NCBI GenBank assembly: GCA_002633005.1
Contig: NMRA01000412.1
Span: 284,556-348,555, forward strand
Direction: 5' to 3'
Origin: Phoronis australis
Taxonomy: Eukaryota > Animalia > Phoronida
Length of the DNA: 64,000 nucleotides
Positions within the stretch are counted from its first letter, which is position 1. Every line of letters begins with the position of its first letter. Made by a program: the position numbers and the translations under genes. Below are positions 1 through 13,700 of the stretch, piece after piece. The notes below the pieces were generated by a model that saw only the letters and a program-made list of their open reading frames with translations, did no database searches and was not told where the DNA came from.

Positions 1-687
1 CCCCAATTTGTAGAAATACCACATTTGATGCGACTGGCAGTGCCAGATAAATAGATAAATTCGCAAACCCGCACTTTACGTCAGCCATCATTCAACTCAC
101 GCATTGTAAGCTTTAGTTTGGTATTCAGACGAATTGGATGAACAAATTTAGAATAATTTCATATTTTATTGGGAAATTTTAGTGTCCTTAAAATTAATTA
201 AAAACATTTAAGCAAACCAATTGTATTAATTGTTGTATTATACCACGGCATAATAATGCGTAGAAACGGCGCACAACTAGTGACTGGTTTAACATGACAA
301 ATACACATACGCGGTCTGAAAATAGTGAAATTCAGACACCTATTACCAAGCCTGCCTGAAGGGCTGACAAAGTTTTTATTGTATTAATTTCAAGGGCATG
401 GAGTCTTCTACATGTCCATGTTATTATTTTTAGTTTTCTCGCGGGGGCAGCTTCGCTATAAGGGTACAGCTTACTGCTGGTTTTTCACAAGACGGAAACG
501 TACCTCCACGGAAACAGTTCCAGTGTTACCATGGTAACCGATATTGCAGTGTCGGTGCCGTTTTTACTGACATTGGTCATCAACCTATCATGTGATATCA
601 AAATTGTTCAGAAACGATTCTGTTTGAAGCAGAAACTGGAGTAGAAAATTTGGTCAAAAATGACTCATTCCTAACCAAGAAATTGCC

Positions 688-1023
688 TCATTTTGCCCCC
701 CAGAACACTTCCCTTGTATCTCCTAAACCACCAAACTTTGTGGTGTCATACTTCACCCATTTTCTCTCATCCCTAATGTGATTTATCAGACTAAACGTGA
801 ATCTGAATCGTTGACCCCCCACCTTGCCGCTTGTTGGCTGTACGGTGGTCGGTGGATCCGTGGACTGATACTTAAACAACCGATAGAGTATTCCTCGTTG
901 AACCTCTATCATGAATGACCCCTTGCCTTTGGTCTGCTGTTGAACGTGGGATTCAGATTGCTCCCCCTGCTCTTTCATTGATGAATCTTCATGTTGGGCT
1001 TCTTTGAACTGCTTTAGTCCCAC
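688..1023 (-). mobile_element. Possible Gypsy-type pol fragment (region preceding the integrase zinc finger)
   Basis: AQHEDSSM...FMIEVQRGILYR...FW loosely resembles the Gypsy pattern AQxxDxxL...GLLYR...FYWP; degenerate. Confidence 0.35.
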
Positions 1024-1792
1024 CTCTTCTATTGTCGGGGGATACAGCTAAAGGCTTAATGCCCGCTTTTGTAGCTACCTTTTATCTTAAAACTGATGAT
1101 TTAATATCTTTGCTCTGAGCAAAAACTATCGCGAGTTAAAAGTTTAAATGTCACTCACCAAAATCTACTTTTTCGAAGATGATAAAGCTCCATCAATAAA
1201 AATCTTTTCAGTAATTTAATTGCTCAACACTGATAGAGATATTTTGTAGTGATTAGCCTCGAATCCAAGTGCCTGGACCTCTTTTTCTGAAACACCATTA
1301 CGATATTGGGGCTAAACCTACGGTCTGACCCAGCGCTTCTTGTACTGAAAAGTGGCCCTGTGGAAACATGGTGAACGACACACGGAATTCCATGTGTGAG
1401 CATCAATGCGCATGCTTACCGATCACATAGCCACCACTTACACACGTCATTTATCCACTGAACTTGTTTGGACTTAAGCCACTGGGTCGGGGTGCCTTGA
1501 TTTTGTTTACTTCGATCACTTCGATCCTTTTTAGTAAGTCATAGTGCTTGCCATACTACGTAACAGTATACTGAAAGGGGTTTCCCAGATTTCAACCAAT
1601 GAGAAACTGAATGTCATGACGTCGGCTTTATTACTTTAACTCGTGAAAAGCTCATGTTAAACAACATTGCACAGTGCTACCTTTCGTAGGACTGTGAAGA
1701 AGTATGTGTATACGCTGTCCGATATCTACCCTATGTTAATCAAAGGTGCTGCAAGTTTACACGATTCTTGATCAACTTCATGAAACTAAGAC

Positions 1793-1795
1793 ATG
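1793..1795 (+). CDS. Gene A putative start codon at the 3' end of a mostly non-coding exon (~1690-1795)
   Basis: acATG|gtaaga donor at 1796, with acceptor ctttcgtag at 1689. Phase 0 joins to GGA at 3575 to give MGADRVVIRAVIFSCTLIFSTT. The 3575 exon has no ATG and has an in-frame TAA just upstream. Confidence 0.55.
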
Positions 1796-4700
1796 GTAAG
1801 ATAATTTATCTTTCCTTCGTCTCTCTAGCACTCTTTTTATACTAAAATTTGGAGCGTGAAATAAGAAATTGTCAAAAAATTAGAAATGAAGTGTCTTTAC
1901 AAATTGGTTATTGAAATTATTGGCCACTGTTGAGTACCAAATATTTACATGTATGTTTTTACACTACGTTTTAAAGTTACGATTGTGTGTACATGTAGCT
2001 ACTATCTGTCAGCTACATGTATGTACAAAACTATAAAATATAACTATGAAGACTTGAATTCACTGTTGATTGGGCCACGTGATCTTGTCTTCATATAAAC
2101 TTTAGCACAAGGAAGTTGCATTCATAGCAAAGAAAGGGTTTCAATGACATGACAAAATTTCTTTTGTTGTTAATATTTTGGTTCATATTCCGCACGCACA
2201 TCCAAGCACCTCAAGCTTGTGTTTGTCTGACACATTTGTCACGTGTCAATGAGGCATTTTGGGACCCCAGGGCAGTTTTTAGTACTTCATGGAATACCAA
2301 TAAAAATAAAAGTAAAGTCTGATGTCATTTGCGGTGCTTCTCACGTGCGCAGGATCACGGTTGGGCCCATTGCACAAAACATCTCGAGAACCCTGTTATA
2401 GATCAACAGGTTCTTCGTGAAGGACGTTTTCAAGTCTGCATGCACAGACCTTTCCATTTTTGCCATGCACTACAGTGTATATGTTGTAGGCATTTACAGT
2501 GCCATCCAGTAGCTTACTCCTCAGCCTTTATATGTACAAATCTGGCCAAGACTCTAAGAGGTGTTTAAGGGTTTCAACGTCAGCGCAACTCAGGACACGC
2601 TGGTCTCAACATTTTCCCAGTTATATGTTTGTGGTGGGGTAAGTTACCGTGACCCGTCAAAGTTTGAATGTAGAGTATTATGCCCAACATATCAAGACTC
2701 GGAAGGTTTTCTGAGCATTTTTGGTTTGAAAACATTGGGGAAGTTAACCTTGGTTTCTTTGCAGGAGTCAGGTGATGGCCACTGGGCTTCTTACTGGGTA
2801 TGTAACAGCCTGAAATATAGAGGGGCTTGAATTTTTGACAATGTGGAACTTTTACTAACAGAAAACGGGGGACTAAAAACTACAGAACACGGTCTTCTAT
2901 CTTTGCGAATCTGTATACATTTTCACCGCCGTCAATTAAAATTTAAAGTTGGAATGCCGCTAAGTAGTACCAATCCTACAAGTTGTGTACCCTGACATTT
3001 CTGATGAATGCTCTGGATTCACACTGTCATTAAGCGGAGTCAACCGATACACATCTGATTGGTTCTCTATGACTACTTCCGGTTTGCAAATTGTCTGAAC
3101 TGGGGGAGTGGGTAAGTCCAGCCTGTGATTGTTGTCGTCTTTCCCTCATGCTTCGCCACAGAAAAGTACAAGTTTCGAAATCAACCCTTCACGTTTCTAT
3201 GCTTGCAGAATGTAACAGTCAGCTTCGCAATGTACGAGACACAGCGCTCAAATGACTGTATTTTTTTCTTTACCTGCTCCTCTAAAAAGGATTTACTTTC
3301 CAACAAAATCGCCTGCAAAAAGGCGCATATTCCCATAAATTTCCCTACAAAAGTTTCCGTTATAAAGCAGTCTGGTGTCAAAAAATTTCAAGGAAAAGGC
3401 TAGGTTAATTTGTGGAATTAAACTCTACGAAGGGATGACGTTTGTGAAAACAAATCTCTGAAATGGTGTCTTTTTCATGGATAGTGCCTCAAAATGGGCC
3501 TATCTCTTTAAGTGCTCATAGTAGCGGTCAACATAAATTCAGGGAGTTCATCACACATGATTGCTATTTAACAGGGAGCAGACAGAGTTGTGATTCGTGC
3601 AGTCATCTTCTCGTGCACTTTGATTTTCTCCACTACGGTGTATGAGAGAAATGCGTACCGTCTCGTGGACAATAGATACGGCGATCTGCTCATCGCAATA
3701 TCTGATAAAGTATCACAAGATAAACGTGTAAATCTCATCGAGAACATAAAGGTATGGTAATTCAAAGTTTGCTTCAGTTTATGTTGAGTATCACGGCTTT
3801 GAGTTAATGACTACGAAAACCGTGACGATATGATGAAAACAAAATTAAAAACATGGTGCTCCCCACGTCATCATATCGTAAATCAGTGGATAGCGCAGCC
3901 TGGCGTAATGCGGCTTTGGCGATTTGTAATCAAAACATTGTCGTAAATCCCATGTTCAAGCTCATTTCACAATTATCCCAACCTTGTGCATGCTCGACTG
4001 TAAAACGATCACGTTTATATAAAGCCTCCATGCACAAAAATATGTTTAACATTGTTCCCACAATGATGTCGGGGTTTGATAAGAATGGCTGTATGTGTCG
4101 TTCAAGTAGGCATACAACGAAATCTGAAGCCAAAGCTTCAAAAGAAATAATTTTTGAATTGAATGCAAGTCAACATCTACCATTTTTTATTTTCGTTCTC
4201 ACATTGCAGTGTATTTGCTCCTTGGTTTTTGCTAAAAATATTTGCTTAAGGTGAATACACTTGTCTGAATACGTACATGTGTGTACAGAGTACACGTTGG
4301 CACAAATTTACGTGAGTCCCAGGCCATATACTGTATTGCATAAGTGTACATGAAGTAGGCGATGAAATGATATAAAATAACTTTTAAGCATAATTAAAGT
4401 CCAAGTCATATCACTTCCATGCCTTTCAAGGACAGATCNAGACATTCGCACTCCTGAACCGCCAAATAGAATCTGAGACAATTTGGGAGGGGGCATGGCC
4501 TCCTTGGCCCCCCCTCTAAATCCTCCACTTCCTTTATGTTATAGTGTCTTCGACCAACATTGCAGCTTCCTCCAACGTCGTTATTCTGACTCAAGCTTGA
4601 AACAAGAAATCTTCCACAAGTCTGTTTGACATCGCTGCCATTCTTCACAGCTGTTGTCTTCACCGGCAAACTACAGTACCTACGACACCTTTCATGGGGG

Positions 4701-7700
4701 TGCCTCCACTTTTTCAGTGCTGCGCCTCCCATGCCTTTAACTTCCATCCGTAAAATGAACTCGCTGTTGTCCCTCTACTGGTTGGCGGGAATTTCCGCAC
4801 TTCTCCAGTCGCCAGCCAGGCACCGGGATGCCATCCACAAGTCTTCAAAGACATGAACTTCAAAGCTTAAATCTACAAATCTTCAAAATAGCTATCACAG
4901 TTTGTGCTCATGTCTGAATTTCAAACCACAACCTGTACCAATATTTTTTGCAGCAATTCGTGATTTGGAGAGTTTCACAAACTACAATTTGATTTTGGTA
5001 GTTTTACAAAGTGTCGTAATTCTTAAATTGTGGCAGTTTGTGCACACCCTGACAGCACAAATTGCCGCAACCTAATCAAAACGCTTTTCAGCTGCTTTTA
5101 CAAGTCTTTCTGAATCATCGGAGAATGATGATTCTCTCCTATGAAAACGATATACGACCATGGGAGTGGGAAAGTTGAGGCAAACAAAGGCACTACGCGG
5201 CTTTTACCTTGTGAGCTACGAAGTGATACCGTAGGTAATTTAACGGTGACGTCGGTGATCTACAGTGTAGACACTTATATGACGAAAGACAAGAGTGTTA
5301 AGTTTGACAGAATAACGAGGTTGGCTTGCACTGAAATATTGGTGGCGATGGTTTCAATATTAATCTATGGAAGTGAGACACGGCGGTGTAAAAGCAAATG
5401 GACATTGACACTGAAGTCTGACACCTACTGTAGGGAGCAATGCAAACGATTTTTTTATTAACGTCTGTCAGGGATATCGCAATTAATTTCTCTGTAGGTG
5501 CTGTGTTTAATCATAAAATTAATCTTAAAACTCCGCCGTGTTTTATGCTTCTTTGCAGGTTGTTTTCCAAATTACAGTTCTACAGTTTGTGCTTCGATGG
5601 AATTTGCAGAATATCACAATTTGAGGGTCACGGCAGTTTAAAGTGCAACGCGAAAAACCACAAGTTATCGCGTCAAAAATTACGACACTTTACGCTTCAA
5701 AAGTCTGCTTAGATTTTTCCAAGAATTCATCATATTTGTGCTCTGTAGAATATTGAGACCGCTAAAGCGACTCCTGCTTGATCCCGACTCAGTTTTTATG
5801 AACACAAATTCAGTTACTACTGTACGTATAAGTGGTGATTCAGGAAATTTAAACCAAAAAGTAAATACTCTTCTCAGCCCCTCCGAATATTTAATTAGGT
5901 TATGGTCCCTTATTTATGTTGTGATCAAAATTCTCCCGCTTTATCAGTCCCAGCCACTGACTTTGCAAGGCACGGATTCTCCTCAGTCTTAATGTATTGA
6001 AGATGATGTCCTTGATCCAGAGAAATATTTCAAGGTGTTTTGCCTAAGTCATTAGTGCATCTAACCGCGCACCAGTAGCCTGCAGTATATGTAATGTATG
6101 ATAAGAGGAAAGTCGTTAAGCATAATTAATAATAGCAGGTTAAAGCGTCCCGTCTTCATCACATGGAACACCTTTCCAACAAATTCCTGGTCGTCGTCTG
6201 GTGGAATGGTGAATCTGAAATATGGCGCGGTTATTTCGAAAATTACCAGCTAAAGTTTGTGCAGTTGCGTCAATTTGTGTTCGAACATTCACCCCCGATT
6301 TGTCTTTAGTAATGAACAACAGAACACCCCGTGACTATGGAAAGGATAAATTATGCCAATATGCCTATTATATGATTCATTTTGACATGAGCGCGGGAAA
6401 GGGAAAACGTCTATGCATGTGTGTTTAGTTTCTTCAGATCAGAAAACAAGTCGCCTTTCGTGCTGTTTGTTTGAGAAATGCCCTAGACTTAGGCTATTGT
6501 GAAATTCATGAGTAACTGAAGTGTCATTTCAGGAAACGTTTTCCAATTTTTCAAGAGCTTTGTTCGTTGCCACAAGACGTCGAGCTTATTTGGGCAATGT
6601 CACCATCCTTGTACCTGCGTCGTGGAATGGTAACGTAAACTGGGAGCAATCGGGGACTGAGACGTTCAACAGGTAAGACAGTGTTGCTCAGTCCCAGACA
6701 AAACTATTCCGTGCAAAACGATGTGCAAAGATTTGTACGGAGAAAACAGTATTGCCACATTTGTTAGGCAGTAATTTTTGGAGGAAATGATCGTCATTAC
6801 TAATACTTACTTTTCACAGGGCAAACGTGATTGTTGTAAAATCCAGGAACAGTGAAAATTACCGAATAAACGATCCGTACGTTGTGCAACCAGGCAGGTG
6901 CGGAGAGCCGGGAAAGTACATGAGGCTATCGTACAAGTTCCTTGAAAATCTCAAGTATTCAACCGATTTTTATAGTGACATTGGTAAGGACATTGATTTA
7001 TATTCGACCTGTGTCAGTCGTAACAATCCCAACGTGCACGTCTATTCACAGATGACTGCATCCCGTAACATACACTGTAGCATGTGTATTGATAAAATCC
7101 ACCAGGTCTTATGCCAGGAAACCCAAGGTCTGGGTAGATTCAGGAGCGACCAAAGTGAAAATGAGGTTTTGATTTTGTCTTTAATCTCTGCAAAGTCGTT
7201 ATTCTGTCGTTTCCCTCTGAATTTATACATATACATGTACTTTCGCATGTCATGCACACATGTGATGTCTCTTTCGTGTAAATTAAGTAATGCTTAATAG
7301 GGGAAAAAAGTTTGACCTGACGCTCTGTAGTAGGATTTACGATTGATTCATCATACATGTACATGTATGTCGTCAGTACAAATTCCATGGAATCTGACCC
7401 ATGATAGCAAATTACCCAAATAATTTTACAGCCAGCTGGCTACAGTTTATATTGGTAAAAACTGCTGTTAATTCGAATCGGAAAACAAAGCCGGCATTGT
7501 GTGTGACTCTAACCATGAGAAACTTTTCATGAAACAAGGTCTTGTGCGAAATAAAACATAAAAAGTATTGAGGAATGGTCATTAAACATTTTTTATTTGA
7601 GTTAACCTTCCATAGAAATTGGATTTTATGATTTTATTCAAGGCAAAGCCATTCTTCACGAATTCGGACACCTTCGTTGGGGACTCTTCGACGAGTATGC

Positions 7701-10700
7701 GGTTTTCCAAGAGGGCGAGAGCGACTTCTACCCTTCAGTCGATGCCAATGGTTCCTCAGTTCATGCCGTCGTCAAATGCTCCAAAATGGTATGACATCTT
7801 CATGTCGATTGCTAAGGATAACTGCAGACGTACGTGTAGATGCACGAAGAAAGCGAACGGTCGACTCCATGAATTTTAGTGACTTTGCACGTCGTTATGT
7901 TCATAATTCTCAGAATTCGTTAGATACAAGAAAACCTTGTCGTTGTTCATTATCTTTATTCCATTCCGTTTTGCATTCAACCGAACATTAGTAAAGTAAC
8001 TGACAAAGAGACATGATTAAAAGACACACGAGATTTCGAGACATACATGTTTCATTCTCAAGTGGAAAGTATGTGACGCAGTAATAACCCCACAGAGCAA
8101 AGTGGAACACGGGAGGTGTGAATTAGTAATGGAAGGGGTAATAGGAAAGTCACGCAAACAAGTGTAGCGTGCGGTGCCACCCTGTTTGCTGATCATTCAA
8201 TACAGGCTTCTCGAATGCAATCAAATGCTACTCCAATACTTGGAGCCCCTTTGGATTGCATCTCTTAGTCAGTTACTTTTACCAATGTTGAATGTTGACC
8301 TTTGTTCCGAGTATTCAAACTGAATGGAATATAGATTGTGAACAACGATATGTGTCGTTTTTTAACAAGTTTTGCATGACAGAAAACGTGCTACCCAAGT
8401 ATAGCAAATTCTCAGGATATATATAAAAATAATTATTGCAGGCACTCTGCTACGCGTTGTAACAAACTTTCGCAAACTGCGTATGTGGGCCTATTGCACT
8501 GGTCAGCTGGAACCGTTTTTATGCTTTATTAATATATTAATTGTTAAAACCGAGGTGGTTAGCTAGAAACCTGACTCGAAGGTCTAACAGTGTTGCTCAG
8601 CCGGACTCGAACACAGGACCTCGAGTAAAAAAGCGGGCACCCATCACACTAGGCCAAACTGCTTCCTCTTAATTCTCAGTGTAGAACCAGAAGTCCATTC
8701 ATCCTACTCACAATATCGCGACTATTGTACGTAAATACGGTACCAGACCAGTCGATGATATCATTTTTCGAGAAATGATTAGGTTAATTTCAAAGTTCTA
8801 CACACGGATGCGCGCAGCCGGGCTAAAATATAGGGGGCTCGAATTTTTGAGAATGTGGACATTTTACTGAAAAAAGAAAAAGAAAAGCGGGGTACGTTCA
8901 CAGCTATGAATTGTGCACTAGTCCAATTCTTCCCTTTTTAGTAGATTTTTGTCTCGTTTTCTCGGGCCTTTTGTTTTTGCAGAGGCGGTCCTTTTTTGCC
9001 CACTTCGCCTAAGGTGGAGGGGCTCCTTTGAACCCCACCCCTCGTACCCCCTTGGGTCCGCGCATGACACCGATCAATTATGAAAACAAATACATTCGTC
9101 CCCATTGCCCCACGGCTGATAATTAAAGCAAACAAGGATACGCGTAAGTTCACATTGTTCGGGTTGACGGATTGTCCTGGAATGACGTATATTGATGTAA
9201 CAACTCTCGAATACATGTACAGCACCTCTTAATAAGAGAATCTGGTTTACACTACTCTGCCATTTGGTTCTTCATTGGTCAATCAATAATGAGTTCAAGT
9301 GGTGTTTTTAAATAACATGAACATAAAACATGCCTTTAGAACCTTAACCGGATAAACACAGGTTGTAATCACCATGCCCAATGCCCAAAGTGACACTCGA
9401 GCAGGATAAAATCTTTTAGTATACACTAGTACATAAAATTTGACCTTCTATTTTCACATCTCATAAATATTCACTGGAACAAGAGCAGAGTGCAATTGAA
9501 ATAAATGAGGAGCATTTTAACAAATGTTTATCTCAGAAGAATTTCAGATATACATGTGAAAGAAATAGATGGTAATTGGATGTTGAGATACGCATACATG
9601 TACAAGTTAAATTGCAGCTCAGTGTGATAAAAATTATCCAATGCCACTATTGTTATCCACCTGATTCTACAGTCAAGTAATCGAGTTTCCAAAGAATAAA
9701 AGGAAACCTCTTCTTGGTTATCCACTAAACTTGTAGAATAGATGGTTATTTAAGTTATCATTGAACCTCAGATGTTTATTGAAATTCCTTGAAATCGTAG
9801 AAAATATATATCTGAAACTAAATAAGGCGATCTAGATCCTCCCAAGGATACTATTGTTTCAAGAAATGAAGAATATAAATCGTTAAATAAAACAACAAGA
9901 ATGGATCAACTGAAATTTGAAATTTTCGGATGTAACAACTTCCTTTATCAACCAAAACAGAAATAAAGTAAAATCAAACACAAAATGACAATTGACATAT
10001 AAGATATGGTGTAATGAAAATGATACATTTTTTGCGTAAAAAATTCAATGACATATTTTAAGAAGCTTTTATGTTCAATCCATGAGGTTCTATTGTATTC
10101 AGTTTGTCTATCCAATATTGTTCTCTTTTAAGTCTGTGAGGGGNCATTTGGTTCTTCATTGGTCAATCAATAATGAGTTCAAGTGGTGTTTTTAAATAAC
10201 ATGAACATAAAACATGCCTTAAGAACCTTAACCGTATAAACACAGGTTGTAATCACCATGCCCAATGCCCAAAGTGACACTCGAGCAGGATAAAATCTTT
10301 TAGTATACCCTAGTACATAAAATTTGAACTTCTATTTTCACATCTCATGAATATTCACTGGAACAAGAGCAGAGTGCAATTGATATAAATGAGGAGCATT
10401 TTAAGAAATGTTTACCTCAGAAGAATTTCAGATATACATGTGAAAGAAATAAAAGTTAATTGGATGTTGTAATACGCATACAAGTTACATTGCAGCTCAG
10501 TATGATAAAAATTATCCAATGCCACTATTGTTATCCACCTGATTCTACAGTCAAGTAATCGAGTTTCCAAAGAATAAAAGGAAACCTCTTCTTGGTGATC
10601 CACTGAACTTGTAGAATAGATGGTTATTTAAGTTATCATTGAACCTCAGATGTTTATTGAAATTCCTTGAAATCGTGAAATGCAATGCGAAGAATACATC

Positions 10701-13700
10701 ACGATTGACCCTTACCGCAATCTTTGCTTGTTTCGACTGAAAAAGGTCACTCCGACTCGGTACGAAACCAATCATGTAGCAGTATTTGACAAGACGACTG
10801 TGCGCATAATCGAAAGGTGTCATGCAATGGATAGACAGTTCGAACGAACGCAGTGATTAGGCCACGCCTACCATAGTTACCGTTGCGAAGTCTCATAAGC
10901 GCAAAACCAATATGGAGGAAAAGCCTTTGAAGACATACTAAAGCAACTTATTTTCAACGTTGTGTTCCTAATTATGAGACTGGGTTGCCTTTTGGCGTAG
11001 AACCACGTTGTTACAACATATTCTGGGGGAAAACAAACTGTTACGCAAGCACTTTCATTCTTTTCTTAGATTTCGTCACTCCATTGACACGCAGGTGCTG
11101 CAGTTGGTTCGCATTGCCGTACTTCTATGTTCGGCAACAAAACTTGGTTATCCGGTATGCTTTTTCATACAACAAAGGCTACTGGGAAAACTTCTTTGAC
11201 TGCGTATGAAAGTTTTTTAAGTATACAGTGGTGGTCCAGTGTTATTGTCTTGGCTGGTGCGTCCGTCAGCCCCCTGCCATCCACATTTGCATTTCCACTT
11301 ATGCTAACTAATTTGCGTTTCATTCCTTTGAAGAAGAATACCTACATGTACATGTAGATACGTAACAAAAGTCTTTGGGCTATCCTGGTGTATATCGTTG
11401 ATCTGCACTGCAAGTGCCTCTTGACCTTTTCGTTCACAACCAACTTGTGTGTGTGTGCGCGCGCGTGTGTNGCCTGCATATCAATGCAGATTTGTTGGTC
11501 TACTAGACTCATGCATGCCGCTTAATCGATTAAGCTTCGAGTTTAGTCTGAGACAGGGTTGGGTTTGACCCTGAATCCGCTGTTTGGTGCATTGGGTATA
11601 GTGTCACATAAACAAAACTTCCTTCTCTTGTTATGTCACGCGATGGCAATCGACCACGTCGATGAATCATCTTGTCAGGGGGTGTTCAGTATTTTCAAGT
11701 CTGTCAAATACTGTACAGAACTATTCATGGAGTCTCAAATTTGTAATTTCTTGGAATTTATGCAGACGACTACATTTTGTGACAACGACACTTCCAACCC
11801 AGCGACACTCCATAACGACGAAGCGCCAAACAAACACAACAAGCTATGCCAAGGGAGAAGTCAGTGGGAAATACTGAGAGATCACGAAGATTTCAGCAGT
11901 AAGATGCAATCTCGTTCTTTGTAATTTCTAAAACGACCAAAAACCTCCAAAAACACCTTGTGTACAAAAACTGTTATCATAACTGCATAATGCTAATGTC
12001 TCTTTCCTTAGCGTCATCGGGTGGTCTAACATGTCTAACATTAACTGAAAACACCGGGTCCTTAGTGGCTGTGGCTGCACTTGATACACTTACCCGGTTA
12101 ACTGGCTAAGACGCCAACCGGAAGTCGCCATTGAGAGCCCACGAAATATCCTTGAGGTTGACTCTGCTATATAGGGTAAACCGGGAGAGTGGAAAAGTGC
12201 AGTCAAAGAAACAAGAAGCAAAACTGTGATTGTATCGCCAATTTGGTTTAGTAATAATCGCATTAAAAGCGATAGATTAATTGAAGTTTTAAAGCACATT
12301 TCTTCTTGTAATACACAGATACATGACCTTAGTTTCTATACCCAGTAAAGAAGTCGGAGTCAATGGACTGCAATATCTACTGTACATACATGTATAACGA
12401 ATATCAATTCTCATGCTTTCTTTATAAACATATTTTGTACTCTTCTAGAAAACATTTTATTTCAAAAATTTATATATACCAAACAAATCATTGATTGTTG
12501 TCAAAGTTGCATTAAAGAATGACCACTTTTTGTTTGAAGACAATGCGAACCCACCAATTGATGAAGACGTCAAAATGGATACGACCCCTCAATTCCGGAT
12601 AATGCAAAAGGGAGCCAGTCGACTGGTGTTTGTTATTGACGTCAGCGGAAGTATGGCAGTATGTTTTGAAGATTTTGCATTGATCTTTGCTGAGCTATCA
12701 CTTTAAACAAAGGTCACCCTTGATTGACTAATTGATGCAAAGCAGCTTCCTATCTTAGGTATTTCTGATAAAATTATAAGCTGATTCCTTGCAAAGGGTT
12801 TCACTCCAAGTTAAGTGAAATCAGCTGGTCCGTTACTGGTGCCGTGANATGTTTATGACAATGTCCGAAATTCGAGGATCTTTGAAAAACAGTTTTTGGA
12901 CCTTGTACGAATTTCGTGGACTATCAAAAACTCATTTCGTAAATATTTATTCTTGGTCGAAAATGGCGGGCCGTCCGAAAATCACGCGACTTTACCGTAT
13001 CTACTGTACATGCATGTATAATGAATATCAATTCTCATGCTTTCTTTATAAACATATTTTGTACTCTTCTAGAAAACATTTTATTTCAAAAAGTTATATA
13101 GACCAAACAAATCATTGATTGTTGTCAAAGTTGCATTAAAGAATGACCACTTTTTGTTTGAAGACAATGCGAACCCACCAATTGATGACGACGTCAAAAT
13201 GGATACGAGCCCTCAATTCCGGATAATGCAAAAAGGAGCCAGTCGACTGGTGTTTGTTATTGACGTCAGCGGAAGTATGGCAGTATGTTTTGAAGATTTT
13301 GCATTGATCTTTGCTGAGCTATCATATTAAACAAAGGTCACCCTTGATTGACTAATTGATGCAAAGCAGCTTCCTATCTTATGTATTTCTGATTAAATTA
13401 TAAGCTGATTCCTTGCAAAGGGTTTCACTCCAAGTTAAGTGAAATCAGCTGGTCCGTTACTGGTGCCGTGAAATTGGCCTCTGTGCCGCAGTTTTTGGTA
13501 GTAGCACTAGAGTATTGTATTGCTGGACATTATAAGGGAATTCTAAAAATTTCCAGAATGAGCTTTTGAATTAACCAGCGATTAAAGTTAGTGTACTTTT
13601 GGAAATCTGAAGGCCCAGAATGGCATTGTCATTTTGCAAAAACAAATCGGGAGAAAAAACAAAATTACGTTAAAAATCAAAGAATTTCACCTAAAAATCT

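Larger units (their letters stand above)
12375..13471. repeat. Direct duplication 12375-12847 / ~12998-13471 around n at 12848 (includes one exon)
   Basis: Near-identical copies; copy 1 ends exactly at the n. Confidence 0.85.

Noticed and set aside
2329-2830. ORFs containing HCTKHL, suggestive of a MULE transposase relic
   Set aside because: Only one short motif; I could not assemble a DDE pattern on one strand.
4406-4856. GC-richer ORF-like segment in a gene A intron
   Set aside because: No recognisable domain, it runs into an n, and splice context is unsupported.
12540-13282. Mutually exclusive duplicated exons (also 30604/31333)
   Set aside because: Flanking introns are near-identical too, each pair abuts an n, and gene B has single copies. 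A haplotype artefact is more likely.
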